DNA of 40,489 bases, taken from IMG/VR virus record IMGVR_UViG_3300025018_000051, positions 1 to 40,489 of that record; one strand, given 5' to 3'. Below the pieces are notes generated by a model that did no database searches, had not been told where the DNA came from, and worked only from the letters and a program-made list of their open reading frames with translations. Positions 1 to 8,344 of the stretch are shown piece after piece; position 1 is the stretch's first letter; each line of letters starts with the position of its first letter. The stretch is from a virus. The translations under genes and the position numbers were made by a program.

Positions 1-70
1 AGTATTCCGGGAACATTCAAAGATTTGATATTGGTTGTGAACGCGAGAGGAACCGCATCTACGACAGCGG
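1..70. repeat. terminal overlap, exact copy of 40420..40489 (circularisation signature)
   Basis: AGTATTCCGGGAACATTCAAAGATTTGATATTGGTTGTGAACGCGAGAGGAACCGCATCTACGACAGCGG is present at both window ends (compared base by base). Confidence 0.95.
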
Positions 71-441
71 TAAATGTCCTTTTGAGAATGAATGGAGATA
101 CCGGAGCAAATTATAGTTATGAACGGGTTAATCCTTTTGGGTCGACTTTTGCCGCCGCAGGCACATCAATGGAAGTCGCCTCTATAAACGCTGCTACAGC
201 TCTTGCCAATAGGGGTACTTCTTTTGAGGCCGCAGTATTTAATTATGCTGACACGTTATTTCACCGACAGATGACTTGCTTTCAATATATGGGAATAACC
301 AACACCGCATCAAATTTCTTTCAAACCTCCACAGGAGGCTTCTGGAACAACACTACCAATGCAATAACCCAACTTGACGTGTTCCTTTCTTCCGGCGCAT
401 TTCTGGATGGTTCGATTGCCAGTCTGTATGGTAGAGGTTGA
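1..441 (+). CDS. tail fibre protein, C-terminal part (continuation of 39949..40489 across the circular junction)
   Basis: Frame 1 is open from nt 1 (AGT ATT CCG ...) to TGA 439-441 and is in phase with the ATG-39949 ORF through the 70-nt overlap. The TTG-25 start in the ORF track is a linearisation artefact. The joined product is 303 aa. Confidence 0.6.
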   Translation, partial: SIPGTFKDLILVVNARGTASTTAVNVLLRMNGDTGANYSYERVNPFGSTFAAAGTSMEVASINAATALANRGTSFEAAVFNYADTLFHRQMTCFQYMGITNTASNFFQTSTGGFWNNTTNAITQLDVFLSSGAFLDGSIASLYGRG

Positions 442-450
442 CCCTATTTC

Positions 451-948
451 TTGAATCGTGTAATGGATAGGACGTTCCCTCGCCGCAGCGCGTTTCGACC
501 ACATAGCCCGACCGGGAACCTCGGGGCCATTTGGAAGAAACCCATGCCGCTGCCCGACCATTTCATTATTCAAGCCATAGATCAGGCCCCACTCAATAGA
601 GGCTTGTCCGGTGCTGCATGGCTGGCCTCCACAGGCAATATCCCTGTCACGTTCGATAATGGTGACATTGTGATGTTCGATCACGAGGGCGGACGTGATT
701 ACCAGGTGCATTTCCTGTTCCAATCTCGCGGAAGGGAAGCCATCGAACATGCGCGCGAAGCATTCAGGATCATGTTCACCGACTACAAGGCTGAATTGAT
801 CTTTGGACTTGTGCCGGATTTTCGCCGGGATGTGAAAATGCTGGCCCGATGGATTGGCGGCAAGTTTGCAGGCAGGCGAGCAACCTCTGAGGGTGAATGT
901 GAACTTTACGTGCTCTCAAACGTCATGTTTTTCAAAGGAATTAAATAA
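451..948 (+). CDS. hypothetical protein in tail/virion module (start uncertain: TTG451, ATG463 or ATG544)
   Basis: 165-codon ORF in the plus-strand structural operon. Its TAA stop overlaps the next ATG (TAATG). ATG544 is preceded by GGAAG. No motif recognised. Confidence 0.45.
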   Translation: MNRVMDRTFPRRSAFRPHSPTGNLGAIWKKPMPLPDHFIIQAIDQAPLNRGLSGAAWLASTGNIPVTFDNGDIVMFDHEGGRDYQVHFLFQSRGREAIEHAREAFRIMFTDYKAELIFGLVPDFRRDVKMLARWIGGKFAGRRATSEGECELYVLSNVMFFKGIK

Positions 949-1673
949 TGTCGTTCCTGAAACCTAAAGCGGCAAAATCTTCTTCTGATAATGCCAATAT
1001 GGGACTCATCAATTCGACCTATGGCGGTCAGCTGAATCAAGGCACTGGCGCGACCAATTTTCTTGCGCAGCTTCTCGGCGTATCGCCGGGCGGTGTAGCA
1101 GGCACTGCAAACACAGTCGGTAATGCTGCCAACGGATTTGCTAACGCTGGTGGCGCACAATCAGGGTATCAAGGCTATCTGCAAAATGCTGGATATGCGC
1201 CAGCGATGCGGCAAATGTCGCAGGCTGTGACAGGTCAGGGCGCTGCATCAGGTTTACTCAATTCGGGTGCAACCGCCAAGGAGTTGCAGAGCCGAGGAAC
1301 TGAACTTAACAGTCAATTCTTCAACAATTATTTGCAGCAGCTTCAAGGTCTTTCAGGTCTCGGATTGCAGGCAGGCGGACTCGTCACAAATGCAGGACAA
1401 CGTTCAACCAGCACAGGCGGCAGACCTTCCACAGCCGGAGCCATTGGCAGTGCGGTAGGTGGGATTGCTTCGATCTTTTCAGACCGCCGTTTGAAGCGTG
1501 ATATTGAATGTATCGGGGAATATTATGATGGGCTCCGTTTGTATGAATATCGCTACGTGATGAACACTGAGCGTGTTCAGGGCGTGATGGCTGATGAAGT
1601 CGCCAAGTTGCGACCTCACGCATTGGGTCCGACTATCGCAGGATATGCAACCGTGGACTATGGGAGGCTCTGA
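948..1673 (+). CDS. virion/tail protein with C-terminal peptidase-S74-type intramolecular chaperone (autocleaving) domain
   Basis: The Gly/Ala/Gln/Asn-rich N-terminal 177 aa are followed by SDRRLKRDIECIGEYYDGLRLYEYRY...GVMADEVAKLRPHAL...ATVDYGRL (nt 1479-1670). This matches my memory of the S74 chaperone-of-endosialidase signature (S-D-x-R-x-K ... Y.Y ... AQEV..v.P..V). Confidence 0.65.
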   Translation: MSFLKPKAAKSSSDNANMGLINSTYGGQLNQGTGATNFLAQLLGVSPGGVAGTANTVGNAANGFANAGGAQSGYQGYLQNAGYAPAMRQMSQAVTGQGAASGLLNSGATAKELQSRGTELNSQFFNNYLQQLQGLSGLGLQAGGLVTNAGQRSTSTGGRPSTAGAIGSAVGGIASIFSDRRLKRDIECIGEYYDGLRLYEYRYVMNTERVQGVMADEVAKLRPHALGPTIAGYATVDYGRL

Positions 1674-3331
1674 TGAACTTCCTTCAAAATCTCTTTGCAC
1701 CTAGAAGTGCTCCGATAGGTTATGGCACCTCTGCACAGATGGACATCCCTATTCAGTCGATTGATCCTGATACCGGGCTTCCGATTTCGGGACCAATTGT
1801 CAGTGGTCCTATGGTCGATACTCCTGCACAGCCACCTATGCAGCCGCCTCAAGGTATGCCTGCACCGCAAGACATGAGCAGTCTCGAAGCCATGCTTGCA
1901 GGCGGTGGAGGGAACCTGGACCAGAACAATGTCTTGCAAGCAATCGGAGGTTCCCCTGTTGCGCCTACTGCCCAAATCCCTGCTCAACAGCAAGTTGCAC
2001 AAGAACCGCCACGTCAGCGTAGGTCATTCCTCGATACGGTCGGAGGAATTGCGGACGTGCTCGCGCGCGTTGGTGGTGCAGAAGCTCTTTATCAGCCGAC
2101 TCTGGATGCGCGCCAAGACCGCGAACTTGCAATGGAAGATCGCCAGCGTAGTATCGACATGGACGCGATGCGGCAGCAACTCGCGCAGCAGCAAATCGAC
2201 GCGGGAGAAATGTCTGCCGAAGAAGTCCAACGATCCCGATTAGCGCAAGCATTGGGTGCAGTGGCCTCCAACCCCGAAGCAATTGCTGAACTTCCACAGT
2301 TTTTGCATGAAATAGGTGTCGATCCTCAAAAGGCGGCAGGGATACTTGCGGCAATCGAGCGGAACCCGGAAGCCGCAAGTATTTTCGCACAGGCACTTGG
2401 ATTTCAGGAGCCTCAGCAAGGTTCCCTTTCCTCTGCAAGACAAAACTATGCAGAATATCAGAACATTCTCCAGACTCAGGGACCAGAAGCAGCAGAGCAA
2501 TTCTTGCGCATGGCGTCCCCGCAAGCCACAGTCACCCCATATCAGCAAGAACAAATCGGTCTTAAGCGTGATGAACTAGACCTGCGCCGCGATCAATTTG
2601 AAACCGAGCAATCTCTTCCGCAGGCACAAAACCTCACGCCAGGACAAAAGCGTCTGGATCAGGCGTTTGCGGTATCTTATGAAGATTATACGGCGCGTGG
2701 CGGATATGCCGATGTTGAAAAGAGTATTGAGCAGCTTCGAGACGTTCGGAACATACTCGGAGGTGGTGGAGTTACAGGAGGTATCTCGGGGTATCTACCC
2801 ACTGTGGTTCGATCAGTATTTAATGAAAAATCTGTTTCCGCTCAAGAAGCGGTTGAAGAAGTCGTGCAGCGGAACCTGCGCCTGATCCTCGGTGCGCAGT
2901 TTACGAACGAAGAAGGTAAGCGCCTGATCGAACGAGCTTACAATCCCCGCCTTAGCGAAAGTGAAAATATCAAACGACTTGACCGCCTCATTACTCAGAT
3001 TGAAGAAGGTGCAGCAGCAACCGAAAGCGCATCTCAATACTTTGAACAGAACGGAACTCTCACAGGTTGGCAGGGAAATTTGCCCGGAAGGTCTGCACCG
3101 GCAGCACAGCCGGCGCGCAGGCAGTCAAGAGGCTCAAGCCGCGCAAATCGAAGCAGTGGAGGAGCGCGCGGTGGAGGAGCGCGCGGTGGAGGAGCGCGCG
3201 GTGGAGGAGCACGCGGTGGAGGGTCGAACATTTCTCGATACCGTATCCCGGTCGGGACAGTGCGAAACGGATATAAATATATAGGGGGCAATCCCGCTAA
3301 CCGAAATAATTGGCGTCGGGTGAGGAATTGA
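1673..3331 (+). CDS. internal-virion/ejection-type protein, Pro/Gln-rich N-terminus, long helical middle, C-terminal (GGARG)n
   Basis: 552-aa ORF with a TGATG overlap onto the upstream gene. It is Q/E/A/R-rich and looks coiled-coil. It sits between the tail fibre genes and the largest virion protein. Function is inferred from position only. Confidence 0.45.
   Translation: MNFLQNLFAPRSAPIGYGTSAQMDIPIQSIDPDTGLPISGPIVSGPMVDTPAQPPMQPPQGMPAPQDMSSLEAMLAGGGGNLDQNNVLQAIGGSPVAPTAQIPAQQQVAQEPPRQRRSFLDTVGGIADVLARVGGAEALYQPTLDARQDRELAMEDRQRSIDMDAMRQQLAQQQIDAGEMSAEEVQRSRLAQALGAVASNPEAIAELPQFLHEIGVDPQKAAGILAAIERNPEAASIFAQALGFQEPQQGSLSSARQNYAEYQNILQTQGPEAAEQFLRMASPQATVTPYQQEQIGLKRDELDLRRDQFETEQSLPQAQNLTPGQKRLDQAFAVSYEDYTARGGYADVEKSIEQLRDVRNILGGGGVTGGISGYLPTVVRSVFNEKSVSAQEAVEEVVQRNLRLILGAQFTNEEGKRLIERAYNPRLSESENIKRLDRLITQIEEGAAATESASQYFEQNGTLTGWQGNLPGRSAPAAQPARRQSRGSSRANRSSGGARGGGARGGGARGGGARGGGSNISRYRIPVGTVRNGYKYIGGNPANRNNWRRVRN
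3156..3224 (+). repeat. 15-bp tandem repeat x4.5 (GTGGAGGAGCGCGCG) encoding GGARG repeats
   Basis: Units lie at 3156, 3171, 3186 and 3201 (one mismatch in the last), plus a partial fifth. The translation is SGGARGGGARGGGARGGGARGGGS. Confidence 0.9.
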
Positions 3332-3332
3332 T

Positions 3333-5969
3333 ATGCCCCAAGGTAATGCCCGGAATAGAAATACAGATTTCAGCGGCTTGTCGCAGAGTGACGCGCGCAG
3401 GATTTATCTTGCGGCCCGCAAACGTGTGGAGGACGCTAACAAGGATAATCCCGCAGTCATGCGTAGGGAATTGCGTAGGCTCGACAGTTTTCCTGCCATA
3501 ACAAATCTACGAAACCGTGCCGGTGTGCAAGGGACTCCTGAAACCGAAACGACGCCGCCAAGGCGCAGGGAATTGGTGCGGGAAACCGCGCGTAGAGTTG
3601 TCGAGCGCGAAAGAAATCAGGACTCGATTATTCCCCTGCAATTGCGAGACATAAGGGCAGGTGTGACTTCGGGAATTAACAACGCTTTTCTTGGCCTTCC
3701 AGCGCGAGCAGCCGCAGCAATCACAGGAACCGACAATGATTTGATGCAGGAATATTCCGACCAGCAAGGTCAGCGCGCTCCTGTGACAAATTTCCTGAGT
3801 ACGATCGGTGCAAGTCTGCCTCTGGGTGGCGGACTGCTAGGCGGCGGTGCAGCCGCAGCGAACACCTTGAGGGCTTCGGCAAATCCGGTAGCACAAACAG
3901 CGGGGCGAGCCCTTCAATCCGCAGGACGTGCCGCGGCGGTCCAGCGGGGTCAGACAGTCCGAAATGTTGTCCGCACGGCAGGAGGCGGCGCAGCGATCGG
4001 AGGAACCACGGCGGTAGTCAAAGAGCGTGATGTTGCCGAAGGTGCCGGATACGGTGCGGTCGGTGGTGTGGCCGGTGGTGCAGCAATCCGGGGTGGTCAG
4101 ATACTTGCGGGAAAAGCCTCTGAGGTTTTGCGCGCGTCCGGCGCAGATGCAATCTTGCGACGTTACACGAGCACAACCCGCGAAGAATTACAGCGCAGAC
4201 TTAGCCAATTCCGCAGAGAAGGTCGCGCGGAACCAACAATGTATGAATTGCTCGATCTGGAAGATCGGCAAAGCTTGCAGGGGGTGATCGGTCGGCTGGA
4301 CCGGAGGCAACAGAACCGCGGCGCGGAATTGGCAAGGGAACGTGTGGAAGGTATTCCGGGCGAGGTCGCGCAGGTTGTCCGCAATGAAACTCGTGGTCAA
4401 AGATCAGCGAATGTGCGCAACCTGGCTTCCGCGCAGGCATCGTCGCGCGGTGAAGCCACTCCAACCATGCCCGAAGCGCGCCTTGCTGTAGGTGCATCTG
4501 ACAATCCCACCCGTCTTGCCCAATTGCGCAGGCAGGAAGCCCGCAACATCATGGGTCCGTATGACGAACGGCGGGCGGTTGATAATTTCACTGAATTGCT
4601 CCCTACCGAATTGCGGCAAGGAAAAAGTCCGGGCGAGATTGTCGAAGAAATAACTGATCCCGAAGTTGCAGCAATTATCAGGGCTGCGGCTGGATCTGCG
4701 CGTATTCGGACAGACGGTGAAGGTCTGACAATCCGCGAAGTTTCAGGTATGATTGAGAGCCTGAAAAACAATCTGAACCGTGCCACGGTTATTGAACGCG
4801 GGAATATCCAGCGCGCGATTGATCATCTTGAGGATACGATTACCGAGCGGCACCCTGACGTTGCACCGGCTCTTGCCCGGATGAATGAGAATTGGGCTGC
4901 ACGTTCCCGTCAAATGGAAGGTATGCAGGAAATCCGCCCACAGGCTAATGTAAACCCCAATACGCAGCGAAACCTTCAACGCTCGGAGAACGTGTTTGAG
5001 ACGCCAGAAGGCGGCGTAGGTCGCGCTATGGGGCAACGCAGCGCATTGCTCGATGATCTTGGCGCTGCAACCACTCCTGCGCTCGGAACTGTGCGCGAAC
5101 TTGCACAAAGCCCGACCGCAGCACGGAACATCGCTCAGAACCTTGGACAGCCGGCAACTCGCAATATCACAGCCGCAGCAAGGGCGCAGAGTGAAAGTGC
5201 GCGTAGGCTTGCAACAGCAATCCGCGATCCCAATGCAGATACCAGCGGTATTGAAGCCGGGGATCTGGCATTGCTAGCGGCTGGCCTCAGCCCGAACTCG
5301 ATGGACATTACCAAAGCCAGGAGTATCGCGCTTATCCTCGATCGCTTCGGGCGCAGTATTCCTGAAAATCGTTCACGAACGATCGTGGATATGCTCTTTT
5401 CCCGCAATCCTGCGATGACACAGAAGGCAATAGAAGCCTTGAGAACCGAAGCCGGTGATGAGGGTATGGATGCACTTGTTTCAATTGCCCGGATGACCGC
5501 AGGTGGTGTGCTCGGAGCCGATGCAGGCAACGAAGATGCCCCCAGAACGCCGCAGCAGCAAGACGATCCCCTGAGCGAAATGGAAACTGATATTCCAGCC
5601 GCCGATGAGACAGGACCGTGGGATGATTTTGCGGAAGACAGCCCAGCAGCCGATGAAGCAGGACCATGGGATGATTTTGCGGAAGGAGCAAACCCATATG
5701 GTCGCAGGGTAATTGAAGAAGTTTTCCCCCAAGCCGAAGTGACGGACGATTTGCGTGACCCTGATAGTGAACTAGGACGTGCAAATCCTAGCAGTTACCA
5801 CAATCATACCGATGGTGCAGTGGATATTCGCCCCATTCCAGGCATGAGTTTCAATGAGTTTGTTGATACTCTGGAAGCCAAGGGATACAAAGTAATCGAG
5901 GCAAGGGATGAAGTGAAAAATCCTTCTCGACACGCTACGGGTGCTCATTGGCACGTAGTAATTCAATAA
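3333..5969 (+). CDS. large internal-virion/ejection protein with C-terminal LAS/M15-like zinc peptidase (peptidoglycan hydrolase) domain
   Basis: 878 aa, the largest structural ORF. The last ~65 aa read SSYHNHTDGAVDIRP...NPSRHATGAHWHVV, an H-x(n)-D ... H-x-H metal-ligand pattern like VanY/M15 peptidases (from memory). The rest is Ala/Arg/Gly-rich. Confidence 0.5.
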   Translation: MPQGNARNRNTDFSGLSQSDARRIYLAARKRVEDANKDNPAVMRRELRRLDSFPAITNLRNRAGVQGTPETETTPPRRRELVRETARRVVERERNQDSIIPLQLRDIRAGVTSGINNAFLGLPARAAAAITGTDNDLMQEYSDQQGQRAPVTNFLSTIGASLPLGGGLLGGGAAAANTLRASANPVAQTAGRALQSAGRAAAVQRGQTVRNVVRTAGGGAAIGGTTAVVKERDVAEGAGYGAVGGVAGGAAIRGGQILAGKASEVLRASGADAILRRYTSTTREELQRRLSQFRREGRAEPTMYELLDLEDRQSLQGVIGRLDRRQQNRGAELARERVEGIPGEVAQVVRNETRGQRSANVRNLASAQASSRGEATPTMPEARLAVGASDNPTRLAQLRRQEARNIMGPYDERRAVDNFTELLPTELRQGKSPGEIVEEITDPEVAAIIRAAAGSARIRTDGEGLTIREVSGMIESLKNNLNRATVIERGNIQRAIDHLEDTITERHPDVAPALARMNENWAARSRQMEGMQEIRPQANVNPNTQRNLQRSENVFETPEGGVGRAMGQRSALLDDLGAATTPALGTVRELAQSPTAARNIAQNLGQPATRNITAAARAQSESARRLATAIRDPNADTSGIEAGDLALLAAGLSPNSMDITKARSIALILDRFGRSIPENRSRTIVDMLFSRNPAMTQKAIEALRTEAGDEGMDALVSIARMTAGGVLGADAGNEDAPRTPQQQDDPLSEMETDIPAADETGPWDDFAEDSPAADEAGPWDDFAEGANPYGRRVIEEVFPQAEVTDDLRDPDSELGRANPSSYHNHTDGAVDIRPIPGMSFNEFVDTLEAKGYKVIEARDEVKNPSRHATGAHWHVVIQ
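5595..5690 (+). repeat. 48-bp tandem duplication inside the 878-aa gene
   Basis: 5595-5642 and 5643-5690 both encode PAADE(T/A)GPWDDFAE(D/G) and differ at only a few nucleotides. Confidence 0.9.
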
Positions 5970-5988
5970 TTCAAACTAGGGTCGCAAA

Positions 5989-6312
5989 ATGCCAAATAAT
6001 GTACCGGAATCTGAAATGAAGAATCACGCCACAATCAGTAAATCAGGGGAAGTCGATTTCCCTCTTTGGGTAAAAGTTATCGCATGGATTCTTGGCCTCT
6101 GTGTCCCTATCGCTGTGCTTGCAGGCACATGGATGATTTCGGCAATGGTCGATATGTCTATTCGCATGGCGCGTATCGAGGCCAGTTTAGCTGTAGCAAC
6201 CGAAAACCGATACACCGAGACACAGGCGGCGGACGCACACCAGCTTATGAATCAGCGGATAGATCGCAATGCCCAGGATATTGAAATTCTGCGGCAAAAA
6301 ACGGAAAGGTGA
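5989..6312 (+). CDS. single-pass membrane protein (lysis-cassette neighbour; holin/antiholin-like or virion membrane-active protein)
   Basis: 107 aa with one hydrophobic span (WVKVIAWILGLCVPIAVLAGTWMISAMV) followed by a charged helical tail. Confidence 0.45.
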   Translation: MPNNVPESEMKNHATISKSGEVDFPLWVKVIAWILGLCVPIAVLAGTWMISAMVDMSIRMARIEASLAVATENRYTETQAADAHQLMNQRIDRNAQDIEILRQKTER

Positions 6313-6316
6313 ATCA

Positions 6317-6571
6317 ATGCCTCAAGGATCACAGGCACGACTTGACGCACTGGCAAGGGAACGTGGATTTCCCGACTATGCCACATGGAAAGCGTGGAAT
6401 GAGAAAAATCGGCAAGTGAGAAGGCCGCAAGGTGAAGCACAGGCAGCACCGCAAGAAAGAAATTTCCTGCAATCGCTGCTAGCCCGCATCCCTTGGCATC
6501 CAGCAAACACACTGGATCATACGAATAGGCGTATGGAAGAAGGTTTACGCAACCGCAGGAGGCCGCGATGA
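6317..6571 (+). CDS. hypothetical basic protein
   Basis: ATG6317 lies 5 nt after the upstream TGA and is preceded by GAAAGGTG. The ORF track's 6269 start would overlap the upstream gene. Its stop overlaps the next ATG (ATGA). Confidence 0.4.
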   Translation: MPQGSQARLDALARERGFPDYATWKAWNEKNRQVRRPQGEAQAAPQERNFLQSLLARIPWHPANTLDHTNRRMEEGLRNRRRPR

Positions 6572-6813
6572 AAATTAATGGATGGTTCAGACCGCTTCGT
6601 AGAGAATTTTGGAGCGTTATACCCAACTGGAAAAACATTCACCATTTCATGTCTACACAGGCGCTTGCGCTCGGCACAGCATGTCTGACTGTGTTTATCG
6701 CCGTAGGCTACCCAAAATGGGTCTTGCTGACCACATTGGGATTGACTGCCGCGATGGTCCTTTATGGATCACTTGTCGAACAGCCAGAGGTTCATGATGA
6801 CAAAACCCCCTGA
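6568..6813 (+). CDS. putative holin (pinholin-like, two TM segments)
   Basis: 81 aa with two hydrophobic segments (ALALGTACLTVFIAVGY and WVLLTTLGLTAAMVLYGSLV). It lies immediately upstream of, and overlaps, the endolysin gene. Confidence 0.5.
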   Translation: MKINGWFRPLRREFWSVIPNWKNIHHFMSTQALALGTACLTVFIAVGYPKWVLLTTLGLTAAMVLYGSLVEQPEVHDDKTP

Positions 6814-7519
6814 AACTCAAAAACCCCGCGTAGGTCCAAAAACCAAAGGTGCTGGAATTGTAGGTATAATTGGCCTCACTATCGCTGTCACGCTTGGGCT
6901 GGAAGGTGGATATGTCGATGATCCAGTCGATCCAGGCGGCGAAACCAATCACGGTGTTACTGTCGCGGTAGCGAGGGATAATGGATTTCGCGGTGAAATG
7001 ATCGACCTGAAACGGGAATGTGATTATTCGGTGCGCCTTCCGGCCTCAATCGCAGCAACGCTTGATCCCGAAGTGATCGAGGACGCTGAGACAGACGATG
7101 ATGGGGACGAGCCTTGCGCGGCACAAATTTATTACCGTGATTATGTCGAAAAGCCGGGGTTTGTTCCGTTGTTCGTGATTGACCCGTGGGTAGCCCGCGA
7201 AGTGTTTGATACTGCAATCAACATGGGGCCATCGCGCCCGTCTCGGTTCTTTCAGCGCTCAGTCAATCGGCTTTGCGGAACACAACTCGTAGTCGATGGA
7301 AAGATCGGTCCGCAGACCATCAAAGCATGGGATGATTGCCGCACCAATCTCGACATTCCAGTATGTCAAGCGATGATCCACGACCTCGACCGCCAGCAAC
7401 GCGACGAATACCTGCGGCTGATACGCAACAATCCGTCATTAAACAGATTTCGGCGCGGGTGGCTTAATCATCGCATCGGGAATGTCGATGTGCGCAATTG
7501 CGGAAAGGCAATGACATGA
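6794..7519 (+). CDS. endolysin, GH108-type lysozyme with PG_binding_3-like C-terminus and N-terminal signal-anchor-release (SAR)-like segment
   Basis: LEGGYVDDPVDPGGETNHGVT matches the GH108 signature EGGY.ndp.D.GG.T..G (from memory). VVDGKIGPQTIKAW is typical of the PG-binding domain. The Gly/Ala-rich span GAGIVGIIGLTIAVTLGL directly precedes the catalytic motif. ATG6794/6797 overlaps the holin 3' end. Confidence 0.8.
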   Translation: MMTKPPETQKPRVGPKTKGAGIVGIIGLTIAVTLGLEGGYVDDPVDPGGETNHGVTVAVARDNGFRGEMIDLKRECDYSVRLPASIAATLDPEVIEDAETDDDGDEPCAAQIYYRDYVEKPGFVPLFVIDPWVAREVFDTAINMGPSRPSRFFQRSVNRLCGTQLVVDGKIGPQTIKAWDDCRTNLDIPVCQAMIHDLDRQQRDEYLRLIRNNPSLNRFRRGWLNHRIGNVDVRNCGKAMT

Positions 7520-7881
7520 ACCCAGTTTCCAAATTCATTTCCTCGCTTACACCAACATCATTGAAGATTGCAGGGTTTGTCGCTGCACTCACCATAGGTG
7601 TGTTGGCCCTAGCTTATTGCCAAGGAAAATCCGCCGGCAGTGCCGATGAAATCATCGACCAACAGGAACGCGAAATCGAGACACAGCGAGACGTGAATGA
7701 AGCCAATGAGGTGTCGGCTGAATCGCGTGTCGCCGATACTGTAATTTCAGCACAGCAAGAGAAGGAATTGAGTGATGCGATCAAAGCTACTGACGATCCT
7801 GATGACCGGCGTGTTTTGCGCGGGTGTATCATCCTGCGGCAGCAGGGTAGAGACACTTCGGACCTTCCCGCCTGTCGCTGA
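7516..7881 (+). CDS. i-spanin (Rz-like)
   Basis: ATG7516 overlaps the endolysin TGA and is preceded by GGAAAGG. The product has an N-terminal TM (IAGFVAALTIGVLALAY) and a charged helical periplasmic part. The o-spanin gene starts inside it. Confidence 0.65.
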   Translation: MNPVSKFISSLTPTSLKIAGFVAALTIGVLALAYCQGKSAGSADEIIDQQEREIETQRDVNEANEVSAESRVADTVISAQQEKELSDAIKATDDPDDRRVLRGCIILRQQGRDTSDLPACR

Positions 7882-8077
7882 TCTGAAACCAGCGATCGAG
7901 CCCGCCTATCCGGTCGAAGCGCTTGATCCCGGTCCAGCCGGCGAGATTGCAGAAGACTTGTGGTGGAATGAGTTTCTGCTTTGGGGGCGCGGCGAACACC
8001 GTAAGGTTGTCCGCATCTGCGAGTGGTCCCGTAACCTTGGCTTGAAGGTTCCCAAGGGTTACTGCGAACCGTCCTGA
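7775..8077 (+). CDS. o-spanin (Rz1-like outer-membrane lipoprotein), overlapped architecture
   Basis: It starts in the +1 frame inside the i-spanin gene, with GAAGGA 8 nt upstream of ATG7775. It has the signal/lipobox LLTILMTGVFCAGVSSC|G and a Pro-rich mature part. Confidence 0.65.
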   Translation: MRSKLLTILMTGVFCAGVSSCGSRVETLRTFPPVADLKPAIEPAYPVEALDPGPAGEIAEDLWWNEFLLWGRGEHRKVVRICEWSRNLGLKVPKGYCEPS

Positions 8078-8169
8078 TCTCTTGAAGCCCACGAGGCACC
8101 GAGAAGAAACCCAATGTTCAATGAAGCGACAATAAACAGACCGAACACCCAGAGCATTAACTCAGTCAT
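8059..8169 (-). CDS. possible 36-aa hydrophobic peptide at the end of the minus-strand operon
   Basis: ATG (8169-8167) overlaps the stop of the upstream gene (ATGACTGA). The translation is MTELMLWVFGLFIVASLNIGFLLGASWASRDQDGSQ, which has one TM. Its 3' end overlaps the convergent o-spanin gene by 19 nt. It is below the ORF-track size cut-off. Confidence 0.25.
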   Translation of the reverse strand: MTELMLWVFGLFIVASLNIGFLLGASWASRDQDGSQ

Positions 8170-8344
8170 GTGTGAATCTCCCTTTGTCTTGACGTGCTTT
8201 GGCGCGCTTCAACGCTTCATCACCATAAAACCATGCGTAAGCTTTTTCGGCGTCCTTACCGAATTTGCGTCGCGCTTTTTCGAGTGTTTTAGGTGGTTGA
8301 TCCACGTCCTCCGACATAATTTCTTCTAATGTGTATATTTTCAT
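8162..8344 (-). CDS. hypothetical 60-aa protein
   Basis: ORF whose ATG overlaps the RuvC-like gene's stop (ATGA). Charged and helical. No motif recognised. Confidence 0.5.
   Translation of the reverse strand: MKIYTLEEIMSEDVDQPPKTLEKARRKFGKDAEKAYAWFYGDEALKRAKARQDKGRFTHD

Noticed and set aside
1-70. The 70-nt direct terminal repeat, considered as a physical DTR or cos-type genome end.
   Set aside because: The repeat sits in phase inside a coding sequence that only becomes a complete gene when the ends are joined. This is more parsimoniously an assembly overlap of a circular or circularly permuted molecule.
8078-8161. An expected bidirectional terminator in the convergent gap between the plus and minus units.
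   Set aside because: No convincing stem-loop or T-tract is found there. The two units appear to converge directly, and a possible 36-aa ORF overlaps the o-spanin 3' end.
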